Positions 25,136 to 37,207 of a stretch of DNA of 60,370 nucleotides are shown piece after piece. The position numbers were made by a program, and so were the translations under genes. The DNA is from Vitrella brassicaformis CCMP3155 (taxonomy: Eukaryota > Protista > Chromerida). The stretch covers positions 1 through 60,370 of the forward strand of contig CDMY01000518.1 in NCBI GenBank assembly GCA_001179505.1, given 5' to 3'. The notes under the pieces are model-generated. The model searched no databases, was not told the DNA's origin, and worked only from the letters and a program-made list of their open reading frames with translations. Numbering within the stretch: position 1 is the first letter of the stretch; the number at the start of each line of letters is the position of its first letter.

Positions 25136-27911
25136 ATGAGTAATCAGCAAAACAGCGAGATCGACACCGCTATCGACGAGAAAACTGAGGAAGGATTAGT
25201 TCGGACTGAGGAGGTGGTTGCTGAGCCCGTCGAGACGACAGATCCATCAACGGACACAACCATGGCAGAGACGGACGCCCTGCTGCGAGTGAACGGCGCC
25301 ACTGCGGAGGAAACAGATGAGCGAGATCTTGCGGAAGACGGGCCGAGGCGAGATCTGAGTGCTGAAGACGATGCGGCTCATCACAGCATTGCAGTGGCTG
25401 TCTTCACGTGCTTCGGCATCGGTCAGCTTGTGTCATGGAACTGCATCCTGTCGGCCCTCCCCTTCTTCGACCTGAACGCCTTTCCCCGACTGCCGTGGGT
25501 GTTCGCCAGCTCCCAGAGCTACACCACCTCAAGCCTCATCGGCCAGGTCCTCATGGTGGCCCTGCACGCCAATCCTCCCGCCCCTCCGGCGCCAATCGAG
25601 GTCTCGCCCTCGCTGTTCCGGCATGTGGTCAACACGTCCCACCACAAGGTGAAGCTGCTTTGCGCCTCCTTCGGCGAGAGGATCTTGTCGCCTGCCTTTC
25701 GGCTGGTCATGTCATTGACTGTCTTGGCCGCGGGGACGGTCGGCTTGGCGCTTGCTGCGGTGTGGGGCTATCAGAGAGTCATTGGCTTCGTGGTGGCCTT
25801 GGCCTGCGTGGCCGTCATAGGTGCGCGAGGAAGCAGTGAGTGGCTCAATGCGCCACGCCATGGGTCTGAGGTGGTGTGTGTGTGTGTCGTGTCGTTGTCA
25901 GGTTTGGCGAGTGCTGCTGCGCAGGCGACCACGTTTGGGATAGCGGGTCTGCTGCCGGGGTCCTACACAGTGGCGCTCATGTTTGGCCAAGGCATCGCTG
26001 GGATGGCCACCTTCATCCTCGCGACTCTGTTCAAGCTGCTGCTGCCGCAGACGGAGGGAGGTAGGACACCGAAATGAGAATACGGCGTACTGACTGATGC
26101 AGCGCACTTCTGCTCGTTTGTGTATCTATCTCTTTCTCCAGGCAACATGTTGTCCTTCTTTGTGTTTTTCGCCCTTTGCTCGTCGTGGATTGTCTTCTGC
26201 ATCTTCGCCTACTTCGTAAGACGCACCAGCCAGCACACACCAAACCAAACGGCCCTCCCATACAGTACATGTGTCTGTCTGGCTTAATTTGGCTCGCCCC
26301 AGATGCTGCTGCGACTCCCCTTCTTCGTGCAAGTACTCAATGATCTCAAGGTAAGGTACTCACCCAGAACACCCACGAGGGGACAAAAATCAATCAAAGG
26401 GCTCTGCTCTGCTCTGCTCTCCTGTTCTGTGTCAGTCGTCCCAGTCTCCCTTGATAACCGAGACAGCAACTGAGGTCGACCATGAGGATGACGAAATCGA
26501 CATAGCCGTCATGAACTCCGAGAGTGCCGCCCTGCTGGAAAGCAGCTGCGAGCCGTCGCCCCTCTATCAACGGAAGCGCGAAAGGGTGACGGGGGATGGA
26601 GGCATGTTGCCGACAGGGACGACAGAGACCGCCACTCCTTCTCCGTCGCAGGGTGAGGGGCCTGGTGCTGCCTCGGCATGCTCCTCGCCTGACATGATCG
26701 GTACAGTACAACACCCCCCTTGCTGAGAGACGTGTGTGCTCATCCTATAAGCATCATCTGTCCGTGTCTTTTTCTTTCTTGAGACCAGATGGGTCGAGAC
26801 GTGAAGCCACCGATGGGCCGCTTCCCACTGATCTGTCGCCGGGAGTTGATGAAATTCCTCCCTCTGTCCCACCGGATTCCCCTTTCCCAGGAGACACTCC
26901 AGAAATCAACGGCAGGAGGGCGGGCAGGAGGGGTAGGTGGAGAAGGGGAACGTCCCCTGCTGTGCCACCCGGCAAGTCGGTCAGGACGGTCCTGGGGGAG
27001 AGACGACCCGTCAGGGACATATTCTGGTACGATCCAAGACACACAAGGACGGACGAATCAAGATCGTCACACAATACCTGGTGCGTTTGCTTTTGTGCAG
27101 GTCGGCCTTCCCCCAGGCGCTCAACGTGTTCCTCGTGTTTGCCGTCACCTTCACCATATTTCCCTCTGTGTCTGGGACCTGGGAAGTGGGCAGGTCAGAG
27201 AGAGAGAGAGACAGGGTGGAAGCACCGCTCATCCTCCCTTCTAGTGTGGGTGGCTTGGCGTGCAGAGGCTCGAGGTTGGCCAACGACTGGTTCAAGCTGA
27301 TAGTTGTTGGCTTCTTCCAGCTGGGTGACCTGGTTGGCCGCTACATGCCCAACTGGGGGATGAAGGTGCCGCCACACCACCTCAACAAGGGCGTGGCTGC
27401 GAGGTTCGTCTTCATCCCCCTTTTTATGGCGTGCCAGCGGCTGGGCGATTCGCTCATCTTCGGCTCGCAGGCCTTCCGCTACCTCGTCATGCTCGCCATG
27501 GCTCTCACGTAAGCCAAGCGACACACAGGCCAAGCCGGGGGAGCTAAGCAAGGGTGTGTGGGGGTATTTGGCGCCACGACTGCAGCAATGGGTGGATGGC
27601 GTCTCTGTCGATGACGTTTGCACCGCAACAGGTACACTAAGCTTGGTGGCCACATGTGCGAATCGTCATGGTCATGGACATGTGTGTGTGTGTGTGTGTG
27701 GTCGCAGGTGTCGAGTGAGGCGGAGAAGGAGGTGGTGGGCTTCATCATGTGCCTCTCACTTATTGGAGGTCGGCCAGACCACAAACACGGACGTTGGGAG
27801 ACGAGAAATGAATGGCTCGCTGCTGAAATGTGTGTGTGTGCAGGCATCTGCGCTGGTTCGTGGCTGTCGTACGCCACGCAATGGGGCCTGCCTCTCGTCA
27901 GTGGGCCATAG
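25136..27911 (+). CDS. Equilibrative nucleoside transporter (ENT/SLC29 family)
   Basis: TM1 FTCFGIGQLVSWNCILSALPFF, GIAGLLPGSYTVALMFGQGIAG, VFLVFAVTFTIFPSV, FFQLGDLVGRY and AEKEVVGFIMCLSL..GICAGSWLS match the ENT family pattern. Confidence 0.9.
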
Positions 27912-28128
27912 TGTGCTGTCGGGTGGATGTGCCTTTGTCCAACTCAACTCTAGTGCACTGCATGCGGACCGGACCGAGCCGATGAACCCACCAGTGCCAT
28001 CCGTCACTGCCATCCGGCGTACGAAGTATCAGGCGAACGATATTGACAGACCATATGGACACCCATTCCACAGTCACGTCGGGCAGTCCCCTCACACTCA
28101 TGCACCCGCCCGTCCAAGAAAGCACCCG

Positions 28129-30919
28129 TCACACCGACAACACAGTGTTGTTGGTCTCCAGGCTCCGCCGCATCTCCTCTATCGACGGCGTCAGCGGCAC
28201 TGGACTCCCACTCTCACCACTATCGTCATCAGCATCATCGTCAGCAACAGGCTCCGCCACCGGCCCGTTCACCTGCTGATTTCCCATCTGACCCGCCCCA
28301 GCCCCACGGGCTGCGGAAGACGGCAGCTGTGCGGGCTGCCCCTCGTCCACTTGAGACGGCTCCTGGCTCTGGCTCAGGTTAAGAAAGTCCGGCGTAATCG
28401 CCTTGGCCACATTCACAAGAGCGATCATGGACGAGGAGCATGAAGACGACGACGATTTGCTGGGGTTAGGGGGGTCGTCATTGTCCTGGTCTTGCGAAGG
28501 GCGCCGCTGCGACGGCCCTGGCGGCCCACCCTCCTCTCTGTTGGGGATGGACACTGGGACGGGGGGAGGGGCAGGAGGAGGTGGGGGGACGTGGATGGGG
28601 TTGGCAGTGGGTGTGGGGGGGTGGGTGAGGGCGGTGTGTGAGGNNNNNNNNNNNNNNNNNNNNNNNNNNNNNNNNNNNNNNNNNNNNNNNNNNNNNNNNN
28701 NNNNNNNNNNNNNNNNNNNNNNNNNNNNNNNNNNNNNNNNNNNNNNNNNNNNNNNNNNNNNNNNNNNNNNNNNNNNNNNNNNNNNNNNNNNNNNNNNNNN
28801 NNNNNNNNNNNNNNNNNNNNNNNNNNNNNNNNNNNNNNNNNNNNNNNNNNNNNNNNNNNNNNNNNNNNNNNNNNNNNNNNNNNNNNNNNNNNNNNNNNNN
28901 NNNNNNNNNNNNNNNNNNNNNNNNNNNNNNNNNNNNNNNNNNNGGGGGGGTGGGTGAGGGCGGTGTGTGAGGGGTCGGGGGAGGGGGGCAGGACGGACTG
29001 GTCCACGCAGATGTCCTCATCCACTGCCTTGTAAAAGAGAAGGTACCTGCACAGACAGAGGGAGGGAGGGAGCAGCCAACAGGTGTGTGATGTGAGATGG
29101 GCGTGTTGGTGCCCACCCGCATCTGAGCCCTTCGCTTTCGTCGGACGACCCGTAGAATGACTCGAGCACCTCGGGCTCGATGACACGCACGTTGTGATCG
29201 TCGAAGAGGAACCAGGTCTGGTGGCTGCAAATGCAACACACGTAGTGACCGTGCGACAAATTGCTGAACGACACGACGCACACACAGGCACAAGAGAGGT
29301 ACAGGTGAGGTGACCCACATCGTCGTGAGTGCCCTGGCAACTTACGCGCCGATGTGCACGACGACCGCCAGCAGCTGATACAGCCGCTGAGGCCGCAACG
29401 GATCCGTGCACTGACACACATGAGAACACAGCCATGGACAATGCTGAATGACTGACAGGCTCCCCTGCTCTCTCTTGCCGACCAACCGACCATGAGCCTT
29501 AGCTCCATGGGAAACACCACCCGATACGGCAACCTGCATACGGGGCGCACACACGAGAAGGTGAGAGCCTGTCGTTTGTCCATCGCCTTGGGTGTGATGT
29601 TTTCCTTCCTTGCTGCTCCGCTCCCCACCTGGCGTATCTGCCCAGCTGTTCGACAAACTTGAACCGCTTCAGGTGGAGGCACAGCAGTGGTGGGAGCCGC
29701 CTGAGCGTCAGCCGCCTCTCGGCCTCCTGCAGGCACCCGCAGTGGTCGCAGAAGTACTTCTCGCCCCCACGCAACACCTCACGGGAAGAAAACTTCCGCA
29801 CACACGCCTGATAAACGAAAACACAGACAGACAGACAGACACACATGGGATCATTCTCGCGCGTGTTGGTCTGCCTTCTTTGGGTCACCGTGAGTGAGGT
29901 GTTCTCATCGATGTCGACAGAGAGGTCGAGGAAGGGCTCCTCGCGCCGCGTGATGGTCTCGCAGCAAAGGCAGCGGGTCTCGTTCTCGAGAAGGCCCTGG
30001 AAGATGTCATGAACCCACGTCGTCACCTGCGCCAACCACAACACACACAAGACAGAGATCCTCCACGAGCTGGGCTGCTCTCGGCACGGCACCCAGCCCA
30101 CTCCACCGGTCTGGAAGTATCGAGAGCGGTCTTGTCGAGGCCTGCAGGGACAGAGAAACAAAGAGAGAGGACGGATGGGTGGATGGGATATGCGCCGATG
30201 AATGCCGTTGTCCTCGCTGGATGCGCACTTTGCTTCTTCTGCTCGACGAGGTATTCCGCCACGTCGTTGATGAGGTAGTTGAAGAACTCGTGTGCATCGT
30301 GGTGGGAGGCAGAGCGAAACAAATCTGACACACACAGGGGAGGGGCACTCAGTGTGATTGGTGTGGCCATTCCCCTCCCTTTCCCATCTGTGTAGGTAGG
30401 TACCGTTTTCCTCCCTGAGTTTGGCGATGAATCGTTTAGGCGCCACGCTGCCCGTCTTCTTCTTCTGGCTCTCTATCTGAGCAAACAGCTCCGCCAACGC
30501 CATCAGCATGTTGCTGCCCTGCAGGCACAGACCAAAGCCACACATGACAGCAACAAGACGAGCATCACCTCCATCCAGTAAGGCCATCTCATCTCATCTG
30601 TGTGTGCGGGCTCTATGGCATCTATCCATCCATCGGACCTTGTCGCTGTTGCGATCTCTGTCCTTCTCCTTCTCCTTGAGGTGCCGCAGGCAATGCCGCC
30701 GGAATGGCTCGCAGAAGTAGAGGCACTGGAGGACGCTGTTGCAGTAGCATGTGTTGCCGTGGTTCTGCAGCCCGTAGTACTTCTCGTTGTTGTCCGGGAA
30801 GTCAGAATGCTCCTCCTTCGAAGCCTCTGAACCTGGCAATCACCAAACACACGCACCAGTGATGCGAAGGCGAGATGAATGGCATTGCGTGTCGTGTGGG
30901 AGCGCGTTATCTCACCCAT
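28129..30919 (-). CDS. Ubiquitin carboxyl-terminal hydrolase, USP12/USP46-like
   Basis: Cys box [79 protein letters not shown] and the His box (AVVVHIG...HGHYV, WFLFDD) are present. The first coding exon is the 4-nt ATGG, giving MGSEASK. Confidence 0.93.
28644..28943. other. Scaffold gap (300 N) with duplicated flanks inside the USP C-terminal tail
   Basis: GGGGGTGGGTGAGGGCGGTGTGTGAGG occurs immediately on both sides of the gap. Confidence 0.9.
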
Positions 30920-31122
30920 GCTGTCGTGATCACCCCATTTTCTTTGTGCATCTTGCGAGCTCGCCGGCGAGCTTGAAAGGAGAGCGGACAAGAACGACAA
31001 GATCACCACATCTGTGCCTGCAATGGGTCTTCCCATGACAGCGGCTCTATTTTGTCCAGAGAACAGAGTCATCTGCAATGATCTCTCCGTCAGTTGCTTG
31101 CAGCGGCGTCAGCAGTAGCAGG

Positions 31123-32896
31123 ATGCAGAATGCCGTCATCACATTCAGCCACGGCAACTACACGGCCGAGTTTGAGGAGGGCACGCAGCTGGGTCAAGGG
31201 AAGGGGGAGCCCGTGGTGCTGGGGCAGCTCCGCCGGCCTCTCCCTAGTGGCGTCGGGATGCCGGTCAGCGTGGCGATCAAGCGCGTGACGCTGATTGAGG
31301 AGGAGCTCCTCAGCCCGCAAGGCCTCAGGAATCAGAGGAACGAAATCGCCGAGCTTCAGGCCGAGGCCAAGGAGCTGCGGCGGATGGATGGGTGGCCGCC
31401 CTTCATCCGCCTCATCGCCGCCAACACGGACCCCTCCAGGCCCGCCACCCTGGAGATGCCCAACGGCACCAAGAGCAAGGTGCTCTGCATAGCCATGGAG
31501 CCGCTGGGTGAGTGAACCACACAGCACGCGCACACACATTTGGATGCACCATGGGGGCAAGGAAGATCAGACCAAGGCAGATCAGACCAGAATTCTCCCT
31601 GTTTGTTGTGTGCGTTGCTCATGATGCTGCAGGGAACGACTTTGTGGAGGGGTGCGAGCTGTTCGGCCTTCTGGGAGCCAACAGCCGCCCCATGAACGCG
31701 CGGGCCATCTGGCTGCGATTCCAGGCCAGCATTGCCGCCAAGAGCCTGGACGAGAGGGCGAAGGAGCTGCAGCAGGACCTAATCGTCCTCACCAAGGCCC
31801 TCGCCATGATCGTCCAGGCGCAGAGGGGGGCCGTGTCCCGTGGGACGCTGCACCAGACGCGCCGGCCAAGAACGTGATGCTGCCCCAGAGCGTCCTCCGC
31901 GGCGTCCGGCCCCTGCAGCCTTATCCGGCTGACAATGGGCAGAGGTTGATAGACCTGGCCAGTCTCATCAATCTCGGCCCACAGGACAGCGGCCCCACCA
32001 GAAGCAGCAGCAGCAGGACGAAGGACGGCCCACCCCCCTTCCTGGGCAAGAGGTGCCGGACGGCCCTTGTGTCACTCGACCCGGAGAAGCAGCGCGCGAG
32101 CCTGCAGGTGCCCGGCAGCACGCCATTCTATCGAGCCCCCGAGCTCATCCTCCTCGGCCTGGAGCACGAACAGCCGGAGCTGCGGGACGACTCCATCCCG
32201 ATGCTGGCGGCCAGGACCAAGGTGCGGGAGGCAGCACGTGACAAGGGGGTGCTGGTGGGGACGGGCGACAGGGAGGGCGCTTGGGTGGGGGTCCCAGCAG
32301 CTGTCCATTCGGTGGGAATGGCCATCTCGGCCGCGGCCTCACGCGGCTGGAGCGTGGAGGGGGCGCTGATGCAAGGGGAGGAGGACGACGTCTGGGAGGC
32401 GGGGCGGTGGCAGACGGTGGAGATGCTCACCATCTCCGGCCAGAGCGACGGCAAGCTCTTCATGGAGGACGACGGCCGCCCTGTCTTCCCCGACGGCAAG
32501 GCCCAGAGCCCCCTGGACAACGTCGGCCTGGCCTTCGTCGACGAGTGGTCGGCCATCATCTGCGACGTAGTCGCCAAGGCCACCAAGCTCCACGAGGGTG
32601 ACAGGCTGACGCTCAAGGAAGTGGAGGACCGGCTGTTCGAGGCGCTGCGTCTGCTGGAGGCCCCCGACCTCCAGCTGACTGCACCTCGCGGCCATGCCTT
32701 CCGGCAGCAGCAGACGGCCAGCCCCGCGCCACCGCCAGACGACGCACACCCCTACCACAGCCCCGAGGACGACAGTCGAGAGGAGCAGGCGCCACCACAG
32801 CCACAGCAGCCGGCGCAAGACGTGCAGGCCGACGACCACGGCGAGACCCCGCGGACGTTTCTCGTCAAGATGACCAAGAAGGCCGGCGTAGACTGA
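31123..32896 (+). pseudogene. Divergent protein kinase with a 1-nt frameshift in the catalytic loop
   Basis: VAIKR, an alphaC Glu, and one intron (31509-31632) lead to SRGTLH. The frame then shifts -1 to DAPAKNVML, LIDLAS and FYRAPELIL. The unshifted frame stops at 31875-31877. Confidence 0.7.
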
Positions 32897-33818
32897 TAGA
32901 TGGGATGGGCGAAGTCAGATAGTGGCGAGCTTAGAAGGGGAGGCTCAGCACCGATATCGATTCGTTCGCAGAGGAATTCGTTGAGAGGACGGATTCATTT
33001 ACTGATGTCTCCGTCGTTGCTTAGCGAAGATCGAGAGGAGACGTGAGTCGATTGAATGAATCTGTGCGCAGACGTTGCCCTTATTATGCCACCATCATGC
33101 GATTGGCAAGGATGAAATCGTGTCAACATCCAACGCACCACGCACCCACGTGTGCGTGCCTCGAATGCCGTTTCCCGGCCGGCACAAGGCAAGGAAGGCG
33201 TCCCATCCCGACGGTCCATGCACTCGTTGAATGGGCCGTCGGGCTGAAGCGCTCAACATGCCATGCAGACAGGGAGACGATACGAAAGGCACGGCCGCGC
33301 ACCTGGGCAAAGTCAATCTCTGCTGCGGACCCGACACACACCCAGAAAAAGGACGAGCATGGCCGATCGAGCAGCGGTAAGTGAAACCAAGACGGGCGTC
33401 AGTCATGACCAACTACACTTACTCGCGAGCATGCACAGGAAACTTCGATGTGTGCAGGGCAGGGGGAGAGAAAAAGTAGCAGGCAGAAAAGGCCCCACAA
33501 ATACAATACACCGTCAACACGACAACGAATGGCGACTGACTGACTGACTGACTGGCATGGGCGGAGGGCGCGAGTGAATCGACAGATGGAGTGGATAAAA
33601 GACAGGCGCCGTCAGCAGGAAGGCAGTCCCACGGCCGCTCGAAGCGGCACACGCATAGCTTATCGACACATGTAGATGCAAATACACACACCAATCGACA
33701 TACACGACGATGACCTTCACCCCCCCTGTTGAGCCGACTCTAATAAACGCACGCCCTCTCCCTCACTCCCTCCCTCCTGTCTCTCTGCCCTTCTGCCATG
33801 CCCCCCTCTCCGCCATGA

Positions 33819-36800
33819 CTAAACGGTGAGGAAGTACTCCAGCCCTCGCTCACCAGCAGCATCGACAGCAGCAGCAGCAGCCTTGGTGGCACTGTCCTCC
33901 TTCCCTCCCTCCGCGCCTTCCGATGACTCCTCCCCGTGCTGCTGCACAGGCACATCGGTCTCGTTCTCACCCTCGGCCCCAGGCTCGGTTGGCTGCTCAG
34001 CTGCAGGCGTGGCGGCCGTGGCCGTGTAGGGAGCCCTCTCGGCCTTGCCCAGCGAGGTGATGAACAGCCACACGACAAACACCAGCGCCACGATGGTGCC
34101 GAGGATGGGGGGGACGAGAGCGCGCTCATCTCCGGCATCCTTGGACCACACGCTAAGAACATCGGTGGATTGGACTGAACAGGAGATGCAAGTGGCATTT
34201 AGTGAGGGAGGCAGAAGGACTTCGCGTGTGTATCGTGGTAGCTGTCTCACATGCTGCGAATGGTATCGCGAGAATTATGCCAACCAAAGCCTCCCCGGTA
34301 ATGAGCCCCGATGAGAAGAGCAGCCCCCTGCCTTTGGCATTCTCCACAGCAACCGCCGGATCCGTGCCGTTCCTCACCGCCCGCCGCCTCGCCAGCTGGA
34401 CAGTAATAAAGTCCACCAGCCCGCCAAGGAATATGGGCACTGCAAGCTCCAGAGGCAGATAAATGCCGACAGCCACAGCCAGCACGGGCATGCGGAAACG
34501 TGACCGGAAGTGCTCCAGCACCAGATCAGCGAGGATGATGGCCACAGCAATAGCCCCTCCCGCGCCGATCATGGCCCACTGGAGTGACTGGGAGAAGACG
34601 CCCTCAGCGACGGTCTTCATCAGCGTCGCCTGCGGTGCCGACAGCATCTCGTCGGGATTCATGTCGTCTCTTGGCCTCACGTCTCCTAGACCATAAGCGT
34701 TGAAAAGCAAAGACACAACCGGTGCCAGCACGAGGGCAGCGGCTGTGACGCCGACCTGGCCACCCACACACACGGCACAGGAGCCGATGAATATGATTTG
34801 GTATGGCTGCCTGTCTGTCTATGAGAGAGCATTGCGCACCATCTGCATGATTTGCTGCTTCCAAGGGGTAGCCCCGAGGATGGTGCCGGCCTTGAGGTCC
34901 TGCAGGTTGTCCCCGGCCAGCGCAGCGGCACAGGCAACCATACCCCCAACAACCTGCACATTAAATACGAGCCAGAAACAAGGAAGCCGAGATGAATGTC
35001 TGTTCCGTCCCCTGCTCACGATGGCTGCGGACGCCGCTGTTGCTGCCCTGGCCCCCTCTGCAGTCCCATAGAAACCCAATAGGCAGAGCGAAGCAAAGAG
35101 GACGGTAGCGATAGTAACGCCGCTGATCGGGTTGTTGGACGAGCCCACCTATGGACACATCCAAGTCGATCTCCTCCCTCTCCTCCTTCCTTCACTTTTC
35201 TTACCAATCCAGCCATGTAACCGGCGACGGACGAGAAGAGGAAGCCTGCCACGAGCGAGAAGACCACCGCGAACACCATGGATCCCCAGTATGAGGCACC
35301 CGACACGCCGAGGTCCTCCAGGTCAATGATGAAGATGAAACAGAGGAACACGGGGACAGCCAGCAGCAACACACCCAGAGCCACATACGTGATGGGCACA
35401 TCAACCTGGTCGATAATGAACATATGGAAACAGCGACAGATGGAGAATCGACGGCGATTTGGAGACTTGTGGGTGCAGTCCAGCTGGCCATCTCATCCCC
35501 ACCTCTGTGCGCGGCAGGCTGCCGGTCCCATGCAGCCTCATGTCCCTCATTGCCTTAAGCGACGCCCTCACCCCAGCCACCAGTGGCTTCGCTAGCGATA
35601 TGAGAGCCCAGATCCCGCCAACAATCATCGCTCCAACACCGAGAAACCTCACTCGCTCCGCCCATATCTTTATAGCGGCGCCATAGCCAGTTGGTGTGGG
35701 GTCGCCGGCCTCCAGGCCGGCGCGCAGCACCTCGTCCAGCTCACTCTCATCAACTGTGGCCATCCATATGGGGATCGCGAAGACGAACGAGATGAGACCA
35801 CCGGCGAAAACCAAAGAGGCGATGTTGAGACCAACAATGTTGCCTGGACACATGTGGACGGAAATGTTGCTGACATCTTTATTGTCTGTGTTTATGTGAG
35901 TGTCATAGGAACGCACCGACAGCGAGGAGAGCGACAGACAGCTCGGTACCCAGCCCGATGATCGAGCCGTTGACGGTGATGCCCCCACCAATAGAGCCAG
36001 CGAAAATCTTCAGACCAGTCTGCCCAACCTGCACAAACACGGTAAGCACGAAGGTCATATGAGTGCGACAGAGTGCCTCCCTCCTGTCTGGGTACCTCCC
36101 CCGACCTTGTAGAGAGCAGCAGCCAGGCCGCTGAAGAGGATTTGCCTCACCTGGTCACCACCAGCATTGCCGGCCTTCAGCACCTCAGCCGTGGCGACGC
36201 CTTCGGGGAACGTCAGGTCAGACTCGAGGATTAGAGCGCGACGCAGCGGGATGGTGAACAGGACACCCAGCAGCCCCCCACATAACGCGATCGCGAAAGT
36301 CTCGGCAAAGTAGAAATCTGCATTGACCGATGGGAACACATGCGCACTGATGTATCCAACCTCCCTCCCTCTCCGCTCACCTTCCCAGTATTCCAGCAGG
36401 ATCAGCGCAGGCAGCGTGAAGATGACCCCCGCTGCCAGAGACTCGCCCGCCGATGCAGCGGTTTGGACCAGATTATTCTCCAGGATGTTCGAGTTCCTCC
36501 AGAGCTTCAGCAGCGCCATTGAGATCACAGCTGCACACACACACAATCATCGGCACCATTACAACGGCCATCTTCCGCTGTCTGTCGGCTCCGCTTGCCC
36601 CCCCCTCAGTACTTGACCTGCAGGGATAGATGCGCTGACGGTCATTCCCACTTTTAGCCCCAGATAGCCGTTGGCTCCAGCCAATATGGCCTGCATAAAT
36701 AGAGAGAGGGGGACAAAGAGAGCACATTCTCACCGTTTCTTCCCCTTCTCGTGTGGGTCTGTCTGGATCTGGCTCTCACCGACAGCAGGACGCCCAGGAC

Positions 36801-36917
36801 GACTGTCTTGACGGTGAACTGCGGGAGATCTTGTTCCGCGGGGATGTACGGCTGCTCCTTCCGCGCCGCATTCCCCACCTTCTCCATCGACGCCATCTCA
36901 GCCTTGTCCGAGATCAT
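33819..36917 (-). CDS. OPT-family oligopeptide transporter (bacterial/YSL-like subgroup), multi-exon
   Basis: YLGLKVGMTVSASIPAAVISMALL, NILENNLVQTAASAGESLAAGVIFTLPAL, LLGVLFTIPLRRALI..FPEGVATAEVL, GSSNNPISGVTIA, GDNLQDLKAGTILGATPWKQQ, APQATLM and VLAVAVGIYLP are OPT signature blocks. Confidence 0.92.
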
Positions 36918-37207
36918 TGCTGCGGCGCTGTTGGTGTACACTGCTCCACGCTGCGCCTCTTCTTCCCTCTTCGCCCTTCTTTGAAAAGCTCGCCAATTTC
37001 CGATCGCTGGGAGGAAGGGGAGAGAGATCTTCCCTCCTTCCTCGCCCGAAAGGGTGGGTGAATAGGAGTGTGTATAGGAGTGAGTGCTATAGATAGAATG
37101 ATCCTCAATTCTTGCCGATTGCAACAATTGGAATGTTGATGCATCTGATCAGTCACGGAATGTCCATTCATTTTCCACTCAGTCAGTCGTCTTCATGACT
37201 AGCTAAG

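Noticed and set aside
25091-25139. Back-to-back tiny uORFs from one CATG palindrome (25118-25121) between RBM5 and ENT
   Set aside because: Short ORFs like these are expected by chance, and TSS positions are unknown, so they may not be transcribed.
28610-28975. Direct repeat on both sides of the gap as a coding tandem array in USP
   Set aside because: It is equally explained by overlapping contig ends joined with a fixed 300-N spacer, and cannot be resolved from this sequence.
2426-29441. Long ORF-track entries containing poly-X or (VC)n/(TH)n peptides
   Set aside because: They are artefacts of N gaps and intronic (GT)n/(CA)n microsatellites, not proteins.
31824-31830. G6 homopolymer as the site of the kinase frameshift
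   Set aside because: Shifting there loses the SRGTLH match to the kinase VIb motif. The break fits better between CAC and GAC about 25 nt downstream.
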